From Gemmatales bacterium (GTDB taxonomy: Bacteria; Planctomycetota; Planctomycetia; Gemmatales; HRBIN36): DNA of 64,000 nucleotides. A model generated the notes under the pieces. The model was not told where the DNA came from, searched no databases, and was given only the letters and a program-made list of their open reading frames with translations. The stretch spans positions 572,342 to 636,341 of the forward strand of contig JBEPZY010000003.1 in NCBI GenBank assembly GCA_041640595.1, given 5' to 3'. The position numbers and the translations under genes are program-made. Below are positions 32,567-42,612 of this stretch, piece by piece. Within the stretch, counting starts at the first letter, position 1. Each line of letters begins with the position of its first letter.

Positions 32567-33433
32567 ATGCGGACGCGCTGGCAGCTAGCGGCAGTGCAAA
32601 TGGCGGTTACTTTCGGCGACAAGCTCGCCAACCTGAACCGTCTGCGGCAGTCGATCCGCGAGGCCGCGGAACATGGGGCACAGCTGGTCATTTTCCCCGA
32701 GTGTAGTTTGACCGGCTACGCTTTTGAAAACAAAGCTGCCGCACTGGAGGTGGCCGAGCCGATTCCCGGACCCAGTACGGTCGAGTTATCGCTTTTATGT
32801 CGGGAACATCAGCTTTACGTGATTTACGGCTTGCTGGAGCGCGACGGCGATCGCTTTTATAACAGCTGCGTGCTGCTGGGCCCGGAAGGAGTGGTCGCAA
32901 CGTATCGGAAAATCCATCTGCCCTATATCGGAGCCGACCGATTCGCCACGCCCGGCGATCGGCCCTTTGCAGTGCATGAGCTTCCCGGTTTGCGGTTGGG
33001 GATGCACATCTGCTACGATGGCAGTTTTCCGGAATCGGCACGAGTAATGGCACTTCTGGGAGCGGATTTGGTCGTTTTACCGACCAACTGGCCGCACACC
33101 TCCATGTGCACGGCTCAATGCGTGCCGATCTGTCGGGCGATGGAAAACCACGTTTACTTCGTCGCCGTCAACCGTGTCGGCGAGGAAGAAGGCTTTCGCT
33201 TCATCGGCCACAGTCGCATCGTGAGTCCGACAGGGGATACGCTGGCGTTAGCCGATCACGACCGCGAAACCATTCTCTACGCCGAGATCGAACCGAAACT
33301 CGCCCGCCAGAAACACCGTGTCCTGATTCCCGGCAAACACGAAATCAATCGCATCGCCGACCGCCGGCCGGAATTTTATTCCGTGATTACCCAGAAAGGT
33401 CTTCCACACCATGACGCCGCAGCTCATCGTTAG
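32567..33433 (+). CDS. Carbon-nitrogen hydrolase (nitrilase superfamily)
   Basis: Glu-Lys-Cys triad in FPEC, YRKIHL and HICYD. AGGAGG RBS. Confidence 0.92.
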   Translation: MRTRWQLAAVQMAVTFGDKLANLNRLRQSIREAAEHGAQLVIFPECSLTGYAFENKAAALEVAEPIPGPSTVELSLLCREHQLYVIYGLLERDGDRFYNSCVLLGPEGVVATYRKIHLPYIGADRFATPGDRPFAVHELPGLRLGMHICYDGSFPESARVMALLGADLVVLPTNWPHTSMCTAQCVPICRAMENHVYFVAVNRVGEEEGFRFIGHSRIVSPTGDTLALADHDRETILYAEIEPKLARQKHRVLIPGKHEINRIADRRPEFYSVITQKGLPHHDAAAHR

Positions 33434-33617
33434 CGGCTTTTTTGCGCTGATATGGTTAGCCTTGGGAATTTATCTGCTGTGGCTTTACCACGGCCCGGAG
33501 CAAATCTGGCGTCTGGATACGCGGTTGATGGGAGTAGTATCATTGCTGCTGGCGGCGTGGAATCTCGTGCGGCTGACCATGGAATGGCAACGCCTGCGCA
33601 GGAATCGCTCACCATGA
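33411..33617 (+). CDS. Small two-TM membrane protein
   Basis: Two hydrophobic helices. Its stop overlaps the tsaB start (ATGA). Confidence 0.65.
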   Translation: MTPQLIVSGFFALIWLALGIYLLWLYHGPEQIWRLDTRLMGVVSLLLAAWNLVRLTMEWQRLRRNRSP

Positions 33618-34321
33618 CGCCCGCACCGAATCCGCGACTATTACTCCTGGAAACTTCAGGGCAGCCGGGACAGGTCGGTCTCGCTCAGGGAAAAGTGCTC
33701 CTGGCCTCCGCAAGCCTGCCCATCGCCCGTCGGCATGCCCGCGACCTGGCCCCGACCGTTCAGCAACTCTTGCGGGAACAAGGCTGGCGTCCCGGTGATC
33801 TTCAAGCCGTCGCTGTTGGTCGCGGACCGGGAAGTTACACCGGTCTGCGAGTGGGCATCATTTCTGCCAAAGCGCTGGCCTATGCCCTGCAGATTCCCAT
33901 CCTGGCCGTGGACACCTTTGCTATTCTGGCGTTGCAAGCCGGCCCGGGCCCCGAACTGCATGTCCTAGAAGACGCCCAGCAAAATAAGGTTTACGCGCAG
34001 GTCTTTCGCTTCGAGCCAGGCCAATCACGCCCCGAACCGATTAGCTCGTTGACCATTCAGCCATTCGCCGCCTGGTCTTCCACGGTGCCAGCAGGGGCAC
34101 GAGTAACTGGCCCGGCTCTGGAAACGTTTGCCTCCGCACTGCCCGCTCACGTTACACCGCTGTTGCCAACGCTGTGGCATCCACAATTGTCAGCCATGCT
34201 GTCGCTGGTGCTCGATTTGTGGTCGCGGCAGGAAACCGCGGACTTGTGGAAACTCGAGCCGCTCTATCTGCGTCCCAGCGAAGCCGAGGAAGCCTGGGAA
34301 AGCCGGCGTCCGCGAAGCTAA
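33614..34321 (+). CDS. tsaB: tRNA t6A biosynthesis protein TsaB
   Basis: LLLETS, AVAVGRGPGSYTGLRVG and LEPLYLR. Confidence 0.93.
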   Translation: MTPAPNPRLLLLETSGQPGQVGLAQGKVLLASASLPIARRHARDLAPTVQQLLREQGWRPGDLQAVAVGRGPGSYTGLRVGIISAKALAYALQIPILAVDTFAILALQAGPGPELHVLEDAQQNKVYAQVFRFEPGQSRPEPISSLTIQPFAAWSSTVPAGARVTGPALETFASALPAHVTPLLPTLWHPQLSAMLSLVLDLWSRQETADLWKLEPLYLRPSEAEEAWESRRPRS

Positions 34322-34438
34322 CGCTGGCTTCAGGTTTTCTCGACGCCAGAACTGATCCGCATGGTTTTCCCGCCCAACGGTACATCCCGATTTGCTTCGA
34401 CCGGAACGCCTCGCACTTATAGACGCCACACGAACTTC

Positions 34439-35011
34439 CAGCAGCGGCTGACATAAACAAGCCATGCAAACACCAACGCAACTCCAGAAACGAACCGCCA
34501 CCTGCAACAACTACCGCACGCCCAACCAAGAGCGGCTGGCGTGGACCAGCCGTGGGACGCACGTGTTCCACTCGGAGAAAAACGTCCGCGACTGCGGGTA
34601 CGTTTGCGAACCACCGCGGGCTGACGCCCGCTGCTCTTGCACGGCCGTCACGTGGTCGCGTAAAGTGCACGATTTTCGCCGCGCAGCGTTGGTTTCACCA
34701 AACCACGGCGGGCTGACGCCCGCCGCTCTTGGTCGAACGTGCGCTCGTGCACCGCAAAATCGTCGTTCTTCCGGTGGATGGCCGTTGTACCAGCGCCAAG
34801 AGCGGGGGGCGTAAGCCCCCCGTGGGAAAAGTATCGCTCTCGTCGGCGAGAATCGCCCATCTGCAACGGCGTCTGCACGTGCGACCAAGAGCGGGGGCGT
34901 AAGCTCCCCGTGGAGTGCATTCGGCGTGCGAACTCGCAATGCGGAAATGCAGCGCATTACACTTGCCGACGCGGTTTGTCACCTACGGCGGGCTGACGCC
35001 CGCCGCTCTTG
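34439..35011. repeat. Short REP/BIME-like palindrome cluster (6 clear plus 1 degenerate ~29-bp units)
   Basis: Units at about 34527, 34611, 34703, 34797, 34886 and 34983 match CCACGGnnGGCTnACGCCnnCCGCTCYTG in either orientation. Degenerate copy at about 34439. Lies between convergent genes. Confidence 0.85.
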
Positions 35012-35018
35012 GAAGGCA

Positions 35019-37355
35019 TTACCAGTAGCGGGCCAGCAAATCACCCACCAATCCCACCAGCCTAGCCACGGTGAGCACCAGCATCGTGGCCGTCCAGCCA
35101 ACAGTAAGGATTTGCACCAGCCAATCACTCACACGCTCCCACCAATGGCGGTTGAAAAGCTCCCCCAGCCCGGTCTGGCCAGTGATCGGTGTGAGCGTTT
35201 CCGCGGTCGCAACTTCTCCGGCAGAGCTGGCCCGCATACGGACAGATTCGGGAGGACTATCAGCGTCACTCCGGTGTTTCGCCTCATGCTCAGGAAGCTC
35301 GGCAGTCAGTTTTGTTCGCGGCGAAGCGTATCGGATTGTCAACGGCAACCAGACCCACGCCAGTAAACACGGAAATAAATACCGCACCTGCATGCCGTAA
35401 ATGAAGGGATACCGGGGCGGCGTAACCGCCAGGTACATGGTCAGCGCGGTCAGCACCCACGTGCCAGCAAACAGCAGCAAACCGATAACCATGACCACGA
35501 CCAGTTGCAGCATCGCTTGCCGGTTCAGCCAGCTTGGGGCAAGCAAGAATGCCCGCAGCAGATCCACGGTTATCGCCGTAGCGACCAGTCCCCGCAACAC
35601 GCCCAGATGATACGGGTGGAAATAGGTATCCACCCAACCGAGCGGCATGCACCATCTGTCGAAATGCAGGGGAATGTCCAGGGCTGTGGCTAGCGGCTGC
35701 TGCAGAAAATAACGCCAGCCGCCTTCCTGAATCAGAAACTCCAGCTGCTGGCGAAACTGGTCGGCCACGGGCAGTTCGTGCATCGCCCGGTAGGCCCGCC
35801 AGATTACCAGCACCAATAGTCCGGTCAAAACCAGCACAACCAATCCACCAATGCTCAGCACCAACTCCGGTCGCCAGCGCCGCCAGAAAGTCGCCCACAG
35901 CGGCAGCAAAAACAGACTCACGTAGATGGGCGGTTTCGCCAGAAAGGCCAGCAGAGCCATCAGCCACAACGCTGCATAGCAGGCCAGCCAGTTTCGGCCA
36001 TTTGCCGCTCCTTCATCCTGCCGACGCAGGGCCAGAAAAGTTAGTCCTGCCGACATGGCCGCCAGGTTGGCCAGCGTATCCGTACTGATGACCGTGCATT
36101 GCTGCTGCACATACGGAATCGAGAAAACGGCGAGCACGAAAGCCGGCAAATGTTCCCGACGCCAGAACCAGTACAGCAACGCCAAGATAATCAGCACCGG
36201 CAACAACCGGCACAAATAGTAAAAGACCAGCGCCTCGTTCACCGTCTCCACACGCGGGAAGCACCACGCTACCACCGCCACCATCGGGTAGGAGTGATAC
36301 CAGGCGTAATTGACAAATTTCCGCTCGGTGATGGGCGTAATGTCCGCTCCCGTGGCACGGAACAGCGTCGGGGAAACTGCAGTTTCTGCCCGCCAGCGAA
36401 CGCGATCAAAGCCGGTGATTTCCGGAAGGTTATACAGCAGCTTTTCCTCCACAGCATGACGCCGATAACGAAGCAATGCGTCGCGCCAGTGGTCCTGCTC
36501 ATCCGGGCCCTGAAACGGTGGTAGCCCGAAAACGGTAATGAGGAAACTGGCAGCGACAACCACCAGCCCGAATCCTTCCAGCATTTTCGTATGGATCACT
36601 CCGGGCCACAGCAGCATCGCCGCCAGTCCCGCACAGGTACAAGCCAGAATCAGCCCGGTCAGTCGCCAGGCACGCTGTTGCCACGCAGAAGCCGTCCACT
36701 TACCAGCATCGCCGGTGACCACTGCCTGCCAGCCGCCTATTCGCAACCGACAGAACTTCGGCAAGGCGATCCGCACCTTCCTGGCCGGTTCTGGAAACCG
36801 CCAGATCACTCGCAGACCATCCTGCCACGTTTCCACTTCGCCACGCATCCGGTGCACATTAAGGAACGCATCCAGACTCAAACAGAAGGCTTCCTGATCC
36901 GCATCGCTCACCGTCACCGGCACCCAGGCGAGTTTCCATTCCGGTACACAGGTACTGCCCGGTTCCAGATACAATCGCAACTCTAGCATACCCCCAGCTA
37001 CGGGACCAAACTCGAAGCTGCCGGCAGACTCTACGGTGCTGAGAACACGCTCGAAATCCTGGACGCCAACGAAACGCCCCAGCGGAGCCTCCAACGGCGA
37101 CCATTCCTTCAGGTAAAGAGCCAGACTATTCGACCCATCCGTGCCACGAGCCGTCGCGCTTGCATCCCCGGCGAAACGCTCGTGCACCCTCGGCACAATC
37201 AGCCCCAGAACCAATACAGCTGCAGCGGCAAGCACACGTGCTCGCCTGACCTGAATCCCAGTCATCCCGCAATCGCTCGTCGTCATTGCTTCGCCCACTT
37301 GCATACCCATACTATACCCCAACACCAGCCTGGCTAACCCTCTGACACTCAGCAT
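35019..37355 (-). CDS. Large polytopic membrane protein, DUF2142/GT-C glycosyltransferase-like (start uncertain)
   Basis: More than 10 TM segments, PPFQGPDEQDHW loop motif, LGWVD and GMQVRYLFP. Confidence 0.65.
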   Translation of the reverse strand: MLSVRGLARLVLGYSMGMQVGEAMTTSDCGMTGIQVRRARVLAAAAVLVLGLIVPRVHERFAGDASATARGTDGSNSLALYLKEWSPLEAPLGRFVGVQDFERVLSTVESAGSFEFGPVAGGMLELRLYLEPGSTCVPEWKLAWVPVTVSDADQEAFCLSLDAFLNVHRMRGEVETWQDGLRVIWRFPEPARKVRIALPKFCRLRIGGWQAVVTGDAGKWTASAWQQRAWRLTGLILACTCAGLAAMLLWPGVIHTKMLEGFGLVVVAASFLITVFGLPPFQGPDEQDHWRDALLRYRRHAVEEKLLYNLPEITGFDRVRWRAETAVSPTLFRATGADITPITERKFVNYAWYHSYPMVAVVAWCFPRVETVNEALVFYYLCRLLPVLIILALLYWFWRREHLPAFVLAVFSIPYVQQQCTVISTDTLANLAAMSAGLTFLALRRQDEGAANGRNWLACYAALWLMALLAFLAKPPIYVSLFLLPLWATFWRRWRPELVLSIGGLVVLVLTGLLVLVIWRAYRAMHELPVADQFRQQLEFLIQEGGWRYFLQQPLATALDIPLHFDRWCMPLGWVDTYFHPYHLGVLRGLVATAITVDLLRAFLLAPSWLNRQAMLQLVVVMVIGLLLFAGTWVLTALTMYLAVTPPRYPFIYGMQVRYLFPCLLAWVWLPLTIRYASPRTKLTAELPEHEAKHRSDADSPPESVRMRASSAGEVATAETLTPITGQTGLGELFNRHWWERVSDWLVQILTVGWTATMLVLTVARLVGLVGDLLARYW

Positions 37356-37649
37356 TCTGTTTCATTCATTGCTTATCCATACGCGTGCCCTGCCCACCCA
37401 TACGGGCGGTACTCGTCTATCTGGCAGCCGGCATTTTGACTCATTGCTTACCCATACTGTACCCCGATACCAACCCCTAGCCAGGAGGCCCAACCCCATC
37501 CACAATCTGCCCAACGAACACTTGCACGTCTCCAACCGCGCTTATTACCAGCCAGTTCCAGGCCAACACGCACAGCTTTAAACTGCATCAGCGGTTGACC
37601 GTTATCATGCGGTTTAGTCGCATTCAACAGCCGTTACCTTTGACCTATT

Positions 37650-38200
37650 CCCAGCTTTCACGGAGGGACCCCCCGCATCTACGGTCTTGGAATCATCCTG
37701 GTTACGTCGGCCGGCTTGTTATTCGGGGGCTTATCGAGCACGGAGAACCCGCGAGTGGGTGTCCCTGACTTGGTGCAAGCAGACGTTTTTTGGGGGACAG
37801 TGCAAGCACGGAGAGAGAGTTGCCATGCGATACTCGCCAAGTTTGTGCCCAGTTTTTCGGGCACAGAGGGAGCACGGAGAGCCCGCCCAACTTACTTCGG
37901 GGGCTTGGAAAAGCTCCAGCTGGAACTGGGTCCGGTCTCCGTGGTAACCACGGAAAACCCGTCCGAGTTGCTTCGAGGCCCGCAAGGGGCTCGTTCATCG
38001 CCAGCACGCGGTTGGCTCCAATCGGCTGGGCCGAACGCCGCAACGTCGTGAGCGTGCGGTGTTCGAGGCTGAAAAAACGGGACTGTTCGTAAGCGGTTTT
38101 CCAGCCTGTGTTGGAAAATCGCCCGCGCCGAGCAAAGCTGGCGATGAGCCAGCACCCGCCACTGCCAAAACTGGGCATAAGTCAGACCGAATACCGCTGG
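37650..38200 (+). ncRNA. Candidate structured non-coding element (unclassified)
   Basis: Nested inverted repeats (37843-37856/38167-38180, 37995-38005/38137-38147, 38066-38076/38097-38107), GCAA and cUUCGg loops, and no convincing ORF. Confidence 0.3.
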
Positions 38201-38659
38201 CGGTACATAGTCGGGATGGTCGAGTGCGAGTTATTAAGTCTTGAACTATTAGGAGCAAAACCAGAATCCGCTGGCGGTGCGTAGTTGGATGCTCGAGCGC
38301 TAGGCCGCTGGCGTTCCTGAATGATGGCCGGCTGAAACCGACGCCCAGCATATACCGTTCGCGTCGGCATGTGGAACTTTATAGGTGCGTTGAATCGTAC
38401 CCCTACATCGCAGTGGATGGCCCGGCGAAAAAATAGAGCCTGCCAGCCAAGCTCCGTACTCAGCAACGACACAAATATGCCTATCTGGCCGGCGGAAGCG
38501 TTAAGCCTGCCACCCAAACCTCCACCCACGTTCAGCCACAATTGCGAGCCAGATACAAGCGGACGTTGAACCATGAAGCGGCACTGCCGATGATGGCTTA
38601 CGCCATTCGCCGCATATTTTTCACTCCACTCACGTTTTCGACATCAAGCCTGCTTCTTC

Positions 38660-39577
38660 TCAGCGGTCGGTGAAAGGGATGAATTTGGCGCGATCGCGGA
38701 CGAGCGGGTGTTCGTCTGCGTGTAACTGCTTGACAAGTTCCGGCGTCCGCAGGAAGGGATATTTCAATAGCACATGCACCACATACCGCCGCGAATACCA
38801 CGCCCCATCGTTAGCCAGCCGTTGCAAGTGATCCCGAGTCAGCTTGATCTCAGCAAACTGCCTATGTCCACGCTGCATTCGCCACGCTGTCGTCTCAACC
38901 AGGTGGTTGGTCAATTCGACTTCCTGTAACGTGAAACGGGTTGAACAGGAATTATATACCGCCCATTCATGTCTCCTAAATTCTTCCCAGGCTTCGCATG
39001 GGAGTTCCTCAAACAGGTATTCGATGAGCTCTCTTGGCACATCTTTTTTGTACTCCTGCAAAACCTGACCGTAGGTTCTTCTTTTCCACTCCTTCGGAAC
39101 ATCTAGCTGATAAGGGCATTCAGCAACACTATCTACAAGGCGAAGCAGATAGTGAGCCGTGATTGCCACAGACCTTCTCTCGTCCGGCTCCTCCGGGTCT
39201 CTCCACTTTTCCAGACTCCCATCAGGATAGCATGACAGATACTTCACCAGCTCGCTCCGCGCGTCGTCGTGATGGCCTAAAAGGAGCAAATGAACACCTT
39301 TGGCCTGCAGTTCTATAAAGGGAACCTTGTCGTGTGTTAGTAGGACCAGAACAGCCTGGATAAACTCCGCAGGACTGTCCAGGTAGACCTCGTTCAGAGT
39401 CCGAACGGGCACAGTGTCCTTCCCTGACATGACTTTATATGACTTTGTCTTCCGAACTTGTTCAACATTAAGTTTTGGCCGGTCTTGAGCCGAAGCTATG
39501 AGGAACCAGCCTAAACTCAACGAGCCTACGAACGCAAGCAGGAAATGCGGGAAATTTAGATGTGGGCCCCTGCACAT
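38660..39577 (-). CDS. Secreted hypothetical protein with HEAT-like C-terminus; candidate immunity protein
   Basis: AGGAGG RBS, signal peptide ending ASA-Q, and LHADEHPLVRDRA HEAT-like end. Starts 31 nt after the upstream hydrolase module. Confidence 0.7.
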   Translation of the reverse strand: MCRGPHLNFPHFLLAFVGSLSLGWFLIASAQDRPKLNVEQVRKTKSYKVMSGKDTVPVRTLNEVYLDSPAEFIQAVLVLLTHDKVPFIELQAKGVHLLLLGHHDDARSELVKYLSCYPDGSLEKWRDPEEPDERRSVAITAHYLLRLVDSVAECPYQLDVPKEWKRRTYGQVLQEYKKDVPRELIEYLFEELPCEAWEEFRRHEWAVYNSCSTRFTLQEVELTNHLVETTAWRMQRGHRQFAEIKLTRDHLQRLANDGAWYSRRYVVHVLLKYPFLRTPELVKQLHADEHPLVRDRAKFIPFTDR

Positions 39578-39608
39578 AAGTGTTCCTCCTGTTAGTCAGA
39601 AGCCAAAC

Positions 39609-41600
39609 CTAGCGCATATTCACACGCCCTAGAAAGCGGTTCCGAAGCTCCTCCTGAACAAATTGATCATCATCAATCGCTCTGTGGTCTAATTGTTGGC
39701 CAGGATTGATCTGCGGGGCGTTTACATTGCGATCGACATTGCTACCGGGAACCGGCGCTCCTTGGGGTCCCCCCAATTGCTGATAGTAATTGGCATGAAA
39801 CTGAGTCCGCCGAGGCAGATTGGTTTCCGCTCTCGGAGGAACGGACCCATGTTCGATGGCATCCACATAAGCAGTAAACGGAACCACGAAGTGGCGCTGG
39901 AATGGATTTTGTGGGTTGGCGAGGTCCTGGTCAATCCGTGCCAGAAGGTTGCGGGTCGCTCCGCCGCCGTAACTGAAACCCATCACTACTAAATTGTTGA
40001 TATTGTGGCGATTTACCGCGCGTAGCGCCCAGTCATAAGCCAGCCCTGTACCGGCTTGGTCCCCTCCACGCTGCTCGTTTTCACCAAACAGGTGCACGTC
40101 ATAGCCATCCTCAGCATATAGCCGCTGCCTGGCAAAATTGAACAAACCGTTCCCTCTCTGATTCGTCATCGGATCAGGATTTTGTGTGAAGCCGCCAATT
40201 ACGATGACCGTGGTTTGGAAGCGATAGAACGTCAGGCTGTCGGACTGGCCCACCACCTGTCCGTTGGCATTCCGTGCCTCGAAAGTCAACACCGCATTCA
40301 CCGGCTGCTGCTGATCCCCTATCCATTCCACCCACAAGGTCGCCGTTCCCCCTTGCCCAAAATTGACCTTCACCTCATTAAGATTATTACCAAACAAACC
40401 GTTCCCGGGTTTCGCCGGCCCCGTCCAGACCTGCAGCACACCGGCACTCCGTTTCAAGTAATAGTCGATTCCCGCCGGTGGTTGTTGCACGCCAAACTGC
40501 AAGTCTATCCGCACCAGGTCATCCTCACCCGCCACCCCGTTGTTGTCGCGATAATCAGCCATCCCATCATTATCATCGTCATCGCCATTGAAGCGAATCC
40601 CCACGCCGGGATTATCCTCTTGATTGGCCGGTACCGGCGGCACCTGCTGCTCCTGCCGAGCTGCGTTCGGTGGCATAAACCGGTTGTACGGCCGATAGCC
40701 TGTCAGGTCTAATACTAAATTCTGAGGTGGCGGTTGCTGATTCGGCTTTACTTGCACCTGTACCTGAGCCACCGCAGAAGTGGCTCTACCATCGCTAACC
40801 TGGTAATAGAATTCATCCTCACCAGTGTATCCCGCTGCTGGAGTATAGACGAGCAATCCACCCAGGTCAACCATCTCACCATGCCGCGGCCCAGTTATGA
40901 TTGTGTAGCTCAGAAGATCACCATCCGGATCATACGCTGCCCAGGCATACTCTGAACCGAGTGCCGGTTCAGCCATGATGCTCAGACTAAACATCACGAG
41001 GGTATCCTCAACCGTCTCGATAGACATATCTACCGCCACCGGGGCCCGATTCGAAATCTCGATGGTGACGCTCGCTATTTCACTAGCCGAGATACCATCC
41101 GACCAGTAATAAGTAAAGGTTTCCGCACCGACAAATCCTTCCGGCGGGATATAAGAGAAAGTTCCGTCTAATCCTAAGTACACCGAGCCCACGCCTGGTT
41201 CCGAATTCAAGAACGCATAAATCGGATCACCATCCGGATCATAACCATCCAGTTGGCCACTGACCAGCTGATTCCGATAAGTATGAACAACTGCTTGGTA
41301 AGCCACCGGTGCGCTGTTATACACATCTATCGAAACCGTCACCGTGTTGCCGGTGGTCAAGCCGTCCGACCAGGTGTAGGTGGAACTGTCGGCGCCGATG
41401 TAGTTCGTGTTCGGTGTGTACGTAAAGGTGCCGTCGGGATGGAATGTTAGTTTACCGTTGGTCGGGCCCGTTGGTGGGGCCGGAGGCTGATTACGCCGAG
41501 AAAACGCCGGGGCTTGAAAGCATTGGCACGGTAATAGCGTCGCCGTCGGGATCGTTGCCGTATACGGAGACGCTCAGTCCGTGATTAGTGGAGGCACAAA
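39609..41600 (-). pseudogene. Headless Ig-like (Big_9/cadherin-like) repeat protein with C-terminal GxSxG alpha/beta hydrolase; 5' part disrupted (continuous ORF 39609-41360)
   Basis: Repeats YDPDGD...DGTFSY...F.Y..SDG, an acidic NGDDDDNDG...GEDDL motif and VMGFSYGGG. Homologous coding extends upstream through a TAA (41491-41493) and a 13-nt duplication frameshift. Confidence 0.7.
41488..41562. repeat. 75-bp direct repeat, copy B (copy A at 44269-44343)
   Basis: 70 of 75 positions are identical to copy A by manual alignment. Confidence 0.92.
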
Positions 41601-41720
41601 AAATGGGCTAAGGGAGTTAACTCTGCTTGGCCGATGCCGCAAAAAAAATCTGAGTGTTTCCTTGCCTTCTCAGTCCTGAGAGCGAATTGTTTATATAGTT
41701 GTTCGCTATAAGCGCGGTAA

Positions 41721-42542
41721 TCATTCAAGACCAATTAGCTTCAACTGCGACAGTTTCCAGGGCAGGTCTTTGGAGGCGGGATCCTCGGCCTTGCCAGAGA
41801 CAAATTCTATATCACAGGGACCTATTTGGCATTGAATGATCCATTTTTCGGATTTCGCATCCCAACGCAGGTCGGTAAGTTTGATTCCCCGTCTTCCGAG
41901 CAGCTGTTGGGATTCCCAATCCGCAAGACCCACGAATAGAGAGAGTTTTTCCCCGAGCGTAATTTGTATCGAGCCTTCAACGCTGATCGGCAAGCTGTGC
42001 TGCCAGATGCTAGAAAAATACCTATGATGAACGATACTTTCCAACTGCCGTTCCTCCGGTTTTGCAGGCAACTTTGGTGGTGCGTCCGGGTCCCTAAGTG
42101 TTTTGCTCAGATCAAGCTGGTAAAACGCAATCTCACTCGGTCCGGCGATGAACGCCAGGCCTATACGGTCGCGGTCTCGGGCTACCACTCGGAAGTCGCG
42201 GGGTATATATTTTGGCTTAGTAAATTGGGTGTCGCGATAATTTTCAATATAGTTAACTTTCCAGACCTCTCTGCGTTCCAATTCGCTACTAACCACTCCA
42301 CGCAGCACCACCCAAATCGCCTTGTAGGTTGTCCCCGGCGGGGCACCGTAATCATACTCCATTTTAACCTCTTCCATGTAAATCTCGAACTTGCGATTAT
42401 CAGGCAATGGAAACGTAGCCACAGGCTTATTCGGAGAGCTACTCACCGGCTTACCCTCATTCGGCAAGAGCCTAGTCGTGCAGGCGAGGAAGAAAATTAA
42501 TCCTGACGCGAATGCTGCTAATTGTTTTACACCTCTCAGCAT
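41721..42542 (-). CDS. Hypothetical lipoprotein; candidate immunity protein
   Basis: TAAGGAGG RBS before ATG at 42542 and lipobox-like FFLAC. Follows the transglutaminase-like module. Confidence 0.72.
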   Translation of the reverse strand: MLRGVKQLAAFASGLIFFLACTTRLLPNEGKPVSSSPNKPVATFPLPDNRKFEIYMEEVKMEYDYGAPPGTTYKAIWVVLRGVVSSELERREVWKVNYIENYRDTQFTKPKYIPRDFRVVARDRDRIGLAFIAGPSEIAFYQLDLSKTLRDPDAPPKLPAKPEERQLESIVHHRYFSSIWQHSLPISVEGSIQITLGEKLSLFVGLADWESQQLLGRRGIKLTDLRWDAKSEKWIIQCQIGPCDIEFVSGKAEDPASKDLPWKLSQLKLIGLE

Positions 42543-42612
42543 GGTTGACCTCCTTAGCGGTTCGTTATGGTTGCAGTTGAGTGATGAGGCGTTCTGCAAC
42601 TGCAGCTAGGAA

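Noticed and set aside
34152..35366. Multiple short ORFs over the small REP cluster
   Set aside because: Same repeat-derived peptides, with no RBS or domain signal.
37369..38600. Short ORFs in the 1.3-kb gap, and possible RNase P or tmRNA identity
   Set aside because: No ORF has a recognisable domain or RBS. The conserved RNase P GAGGAAAGTCC motif and tRNA-like tmRNA ends were not seen.
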